Origin: an uncultured Gemmatimonadales bacterium
GTDB taxonomy: Bacteria; Gemmatimonadota; Gemmatimonadetes; Gemmatimonadales; GWC2-71-9
NCBI GenBank assembly: GCA_963748815.1
Contig: CAVVKJ010000010.1
Location: 128,001 to 192,000, forward strand
Direction of reading: 5' to 3'
Length of the DNA stretch: 64,000 nt
Shown here: positions 60,849-64,000 of the stretch, in pieces
Position numbering within the stretch: the first letter of the stretch is position 1
Layout of the letters: every line of letters starts with the position of its first letter
Notes under the pieces: model-generated
The model's database searches: none
What the model was told of the DNA's origin: nothing
The model's input: the letters and a program-made list of their open reading frames with translations, nothing else
Translations under genes and position numbers: made by a program

Positions 60849-60955
60849 GACTGCAACGACTGCAGCCTAATACGTAAACGCTGCAGCGGCCGAGTACCCA
60901 AATAACGGCGAAGCGACCGCCGCCTGCCGACCCGACTCCCCGACCCATCAAAAGG

Positions 60956-61345
60956 TCAATCGGCCTCGGCCAGCTGATACTCAAACTGGTAGCTGTGCTT
61001 CCCACCCTCGACAATAATCTGCATCGATCCTGACAACCCCACCAACCCGCCGGTCCCCGAGTCAGGCACCACCGTCAGCACGAGGCTCGGTTCCCCCCGG
61101 GTCATCGTCCCGCTGTGCTGCAGGACAAACGACCCGTCGCGCCCGCCGAGCGTCCCGGTGACCTGCTCCATGGCCACATACCCCGCCGAGCCCTTCACCG
61201 TCGTATTGAACGCCAGCATGTGCCCCTTGCTGGTGGCCTCGAGGTCGCCGTGAAACGTCTTGTCGAGGGCCAGGCTCCCGATGGGGGAGTCCTCGGCGAG
61301 CGGCTGCGGGGTCATCTTGACATTAAAGGGACCGCTGGCGGTCAT
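60956..61345 (-). CDS. DUF3224 domain protein
   Basis: KTFHGDLEATSKG, GSAGYVAMEQ, GSFVLQH, VVPDSGTGGL. Confidence 0.88.
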   Translation of the reverse strand: MTASGPFNVKMTPQPLAEDSPIGSLALDKTFHGDLEATSKGHMLAFNTTVKGSAGYVAMEQVTGTLGGRDGSFVLQHSGTMTRGEPSLVLTVVPDSGTGGLVGLSGSMQIIVEGGKHSYQFEYQLAEAD

Positions 61346-61537
61346 AGGGCCTCACCGCGTTGAGTGAATCGTGGGAAGACCCGGGAAGACTAATGTCACG
61401 CCCCGACCAGCGGAAACCAGCGAGTCGGGGCGTCACGGCCAGTGGATCTGACTTTCGCGAGCGACGCCATGGAAAATGCCGTCGTATACCGGGTCCGTCT
61501 TGCAACTGATATTCTGCGCATCGGCGCAGGCGATGGC

Positions 61538-62053
61538 TCAGATTGCCGTCTTGCGATGGGTGACCAGGCGCAGCGCCGCGTTCACCCCGGCGTGGAGCAG
61601 CATGTAGACCAGGATCGCGATTGCGACCGGGATGGCGAGCGTGAACCCCTCCGCGCTCGGACTGGCGACGATGCCCCGAAACGGCTGGTACAGCGGATAG
61701 GTCACGCCGTTGATGAACTGCACGAAGCCGCTGCTCGACCGGGCGGCGATGAGCGCCAGCGCCATCCGCAGTCCGAGCAGCGCGTAGACGAGGTAAAACG
61801 CGTAATCCACGTACTGGGAGATGCGCGCCGCGCCCCGGGAGCGACTCACCTGGTGCTCCGTTGCCAGTGTCTCGTCCAGCGCTCGGCCTCGGAACTCGTC
61901 GGCCGCCTTTCCGACGCGGTCGGCCTGGGTCGCGGTCGCGGTGCGGGCGTGTCCCTCGATCTCGGCGTTCACTTCGCGTTCGATGTGCGTCTTGACCGAT
62001 CCATGCTGTGCCACGCGACGGGCTTCGTCGGCGGCCACGTTGTCATTGGACAT
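61538..62053 (-). CDS. YggT family membrane protein
   Basis: LLGLRMAL...FVQFINGVTYPLYQPFRGIV; GGAG RBS. Confidence 0.7.
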   Translation of the reverse strand: MSNDNVAADEARRVAQHGSVKTHIEREVNAEIEGHARTATATQADRVGKAADEFRGRALDETLATEHQVSRSRGAARISQYVDYAFYLVYALLGLRMALALIAARSSSGFVQFINGVTYPLYQPFRGIVASPSAEGFTLAIPVAIAILVYMLLHAGVNAALRLVTHRKTAI

Positions 62054-62421
62054 CGCTGTCTCCGGGGTTGAACCTGTGCGTCCCTCACATCGGCACTCTT
62101 CCCGATGCGCGTGAGACGCTAGTCCCGAACAGTCTCCGGTTCGATGCGAGGTGACAATCCCTCGTTGGATGGGCGTGACTCGCTCCAAGGAGCGAGTCAC
62201 GGCGGCACCATATCTTCCGGCATTGGTTGCCGACCGCCGTCCTGCGCCGTATTTTGCCTGAATCACCGTGGGCATCCTCCCACCGATGCCGTCCCGAGGA
62301 GAGACAGTATGGCTGTGGGTTGCTCCGTCTGCACGTCACCAACTTCTCAAGGCTGCAGTCTTCCCGACCACCCGCAGGGGCGGTCGGTCCTCGCGCGCCT
62401 GTTGTCGCCAACGGTGTTCCT

Positions 62422-63150
62422 GTGAAGCAACGCCCGCAGCGGAAGCCAGCCAAGAAGCGTGCCCGTCCCGCGGCGCCACCTCGCCCCCCGATTTCGCTGG
62501 TGCTCATCGACGACAACCGGCTCCTCCGTGAGGGGCTGACCGCGATGATCCACGCCCAGCCAGGCTTCCGCGTGCTGGCCGCGTCGGCAGACGTCGAGGA
62601 GGCGCTCGCCCGCGTGCGCGAAGCGCGGCCGGACGTCGTCCTCCTGGATTTCGGGCTCGCCGATCATGACAGTCTTGGCCTGACCGCCACGGTCCGCGCC
62701 GAGGTCCCTTCCGCCCGGGTAATCGTGATGGGCCTCCTGCCGCTGCAGGAGTACGTGGCGGACTACGTGCGCGCGGGGGCCTCCGGGTTCATCATGCTGG
62801 ACGCCTCATTCGACGAATTCTTCGAGACCATCCGGGCCGTGGCGGACGGGGCCGAGGTGCTGCCCAGGGCGCTCACAAATTCGCTCTTCACCCAGATTGT
62901 CCGAAATGTGCCGATGCCCACCAAGGCGCGTGCGCTGGAATCGGTGCGCCTGACCGTGCGGGAGCAGGAGATCGTCGCCCTGCTCGGGGAGGGGCTGAGC
63001 AACAAGGAAATCGCCGCCCGCATGGGGGTCGCGCTGCACACCGTCAAGAGCCACGTCCACAATGTGCTCGAAAAGCTGGCTCTGAACAGTCGCCTCGAGG
63101 TGGCGGCATTCTCGCACGGCCGGGACCGGACCGAACCGCCCCTCGAGTAG
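62422..63150 (+). CDS. NarL/LuxR family response regulator
   Basis: LIDDNRLLREGL, PDVVLLD, LTVREQEI...GLSNKEIA...HTVKSHVHNVLEKL; start uncertain. Confidence 0.88.
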   Translation: MKQRPQRKPAKKRARPAAPPRPPISLVLIDDNRLLREGLTAMIHAQPGFRVLAASADVEEALARVREARPDVVLLDFGLADHDSLGLTATVRAEVPSARVIVMGLLPLQEYVADYVRAGASGFIMLDASFDEFFETIRAVADGAEVLPRALTNSLFTQIVRNVPMPTKARALESVRLTVREQEIVALLGEGLSNKEIAARMGVALHTVKSHVHNVLEKLALNSRLEVAAFSHGRDRTEPPLE

Positions 63151-63407
63151 CCTCCCCTCGGCCTCCCCTCGGCCTCCCGCGCGCCTCCCCCGTCCTTCGA
63201 ACTAGTCCCAAGTCCAGCACAACGAGCGATACCTCCGCCACGGCGGAATGCGTAGCGTTCCCTCGTACCGCTCGTCCCGACACTCCCAGGTTCGAGAGGA
63301 GTGGCGGGCAAGATCATCGGCGGAGGAGCCCCGGCACCTGCTGGAATTCCCATCCGAGGTCGAGTAGTGCCGGCGCGGACGCGCCGTTCCAGTCACTCGA
63401 GGTCACG

Positions 63408-64000
63408 ATGGCGAACATGATGATGGCCGGACTCGTTGCGATCAACTTCCTGGCCTGCGGGCAGGGCACCCCGGCGGGCACGGCCGGCACCACGGCCGCC
63501 AAGCCGACCCTGGCCAACGGCACCACCATCGACGTGACGACGTCACGGACGATCACGTCGCGGACCGACGAGGCAGGGCAGTCCCTGATGACCACGGTCG
63601 ACGCCGACGTCAAGAACAGCGCGGGACGCGTCGTCATCCCTGCCGGTTCCACCATCGAGCTGGTCATTTCGGAAATTTCGCCGGCCAAGACCAAGAGCGC
63701 GAAGGACGGCACCCTGACACTCCGTGTGGGCGACGTCACGGTCCATGGGAAGAGCTACCCCTTGGCCGCGGAGGTCACCGCGGTGTCGCATACCCTGAAG
63801 GGTCGGGGTGTGACGGTCGGTGAGGTGGAGAAGACCGCGGCGGGCACCGCCATCGGGGCGGTGGCGGGTCGCATCATCGGGGGCGACTCCAAGGGCACGA
63901 TCATCGGCGCCGCGGTCGGCACCGCGGGGGGTGCCATCGTGGCCAATGAGACGGCCAGCCGTGACGTGGTCATCGCGGCCGGATCGCCCATCACGCTGAC
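63408..64000 (+). CDS. lipoprotein with glycine-zipper (truncated by window edge)
   Basis: FLAC lipobox; VIPAGSTI; GTAIGAVAGRIIGG...IIGAAVG. Confidence 0.7.
   Translation, partial: MANMMMAGLVAINFLACGQGTPAGTAGTTAAKPTLANGTTIDVTTSRTITSRTDEAGQSLMTTVDADVKNSAGRVVIPAGSTIELVISEISPAKTKSAKDGTLTLRVGDVTVHGKSYPLAAEVTAVSHTLKGRGVTVGEVEKTAAGTAIGAVAGRIIGGDSKGTIIGAAVGTAGGAIVANETASRDVVIAAGSPITL

Larger units (their letters stand above)
47253..60850 (-). mobile_element. integron gene-cassette array (11 cassettes, 11 attC, candidate attI; no intI in window)
   Basis: Co-oriented genes separated by RYYYAAC...GTTRRRY imperfect palindromes; several stop codons lie inside R''. Confidence 0.93.

Noticed and set aside
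63150..63178. Short tandem GCCTCCCCTCG repeat
   Set aside because: Only about 2.5 copies of low-complexity sequence; no function supportable.
60850..64000. Integron integrase or a remnant next to attI
   Set aside because: No tyrosine-recombinase motifs seen; the space is occupied by DUF3224, YggT, a regulator and a lipoprotein.

Overview
High-GC bacterial DNA; the gene content is reminiscent of Gemmatimonadota, but that assignment is only an inference. There are four blocks. (1) 1-14.9 kb, minus strand: an energy-conservation operon (2-oxoacid:ferredoxin oxidoreductase alpha and beta, a hypothetical protein, rnfB, a large PFOR-like enzyme, rnfCDGEA, apbE). It is led by an orphan Phd/YefM antitoxin gene with a twin-palindrome operator and carries many single-base frameshifts that look like assembly errors. 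(2) 17.2-28.6 kb, plus strand: a four-gene DUF11 operon whose complete and incomplete Ig-like domains suggest a donor-strand, possibly isopeptide-linked surface filament (chaperone, shaft, outer-membrane anchor, tip adhesin). (3) 28.6-47.2 kb: mostly minus-strand enzymes and small accessory genes, with two decayed attC remnants and a SEC-C gene needing three +1 shifts. (4) 47.25-60.85 kb: an integron cassette array with 11 attC sites (8 full ~128-bp copies, 1 internally deleted, 1 degenerate, 1 foreign 60-bp) and a candidate attI, but no integrase in the window. The array includes two toxin-antitoxin cassettes, an ORF-less cassette and a ~6-kb single cassette carrying a five-gene operon (PhnD-like, PLD, dehydrogenase small subunit, GMC oxidoreductase, ferritin-like). 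All calls come from reading motifs by eye; no searches were run.
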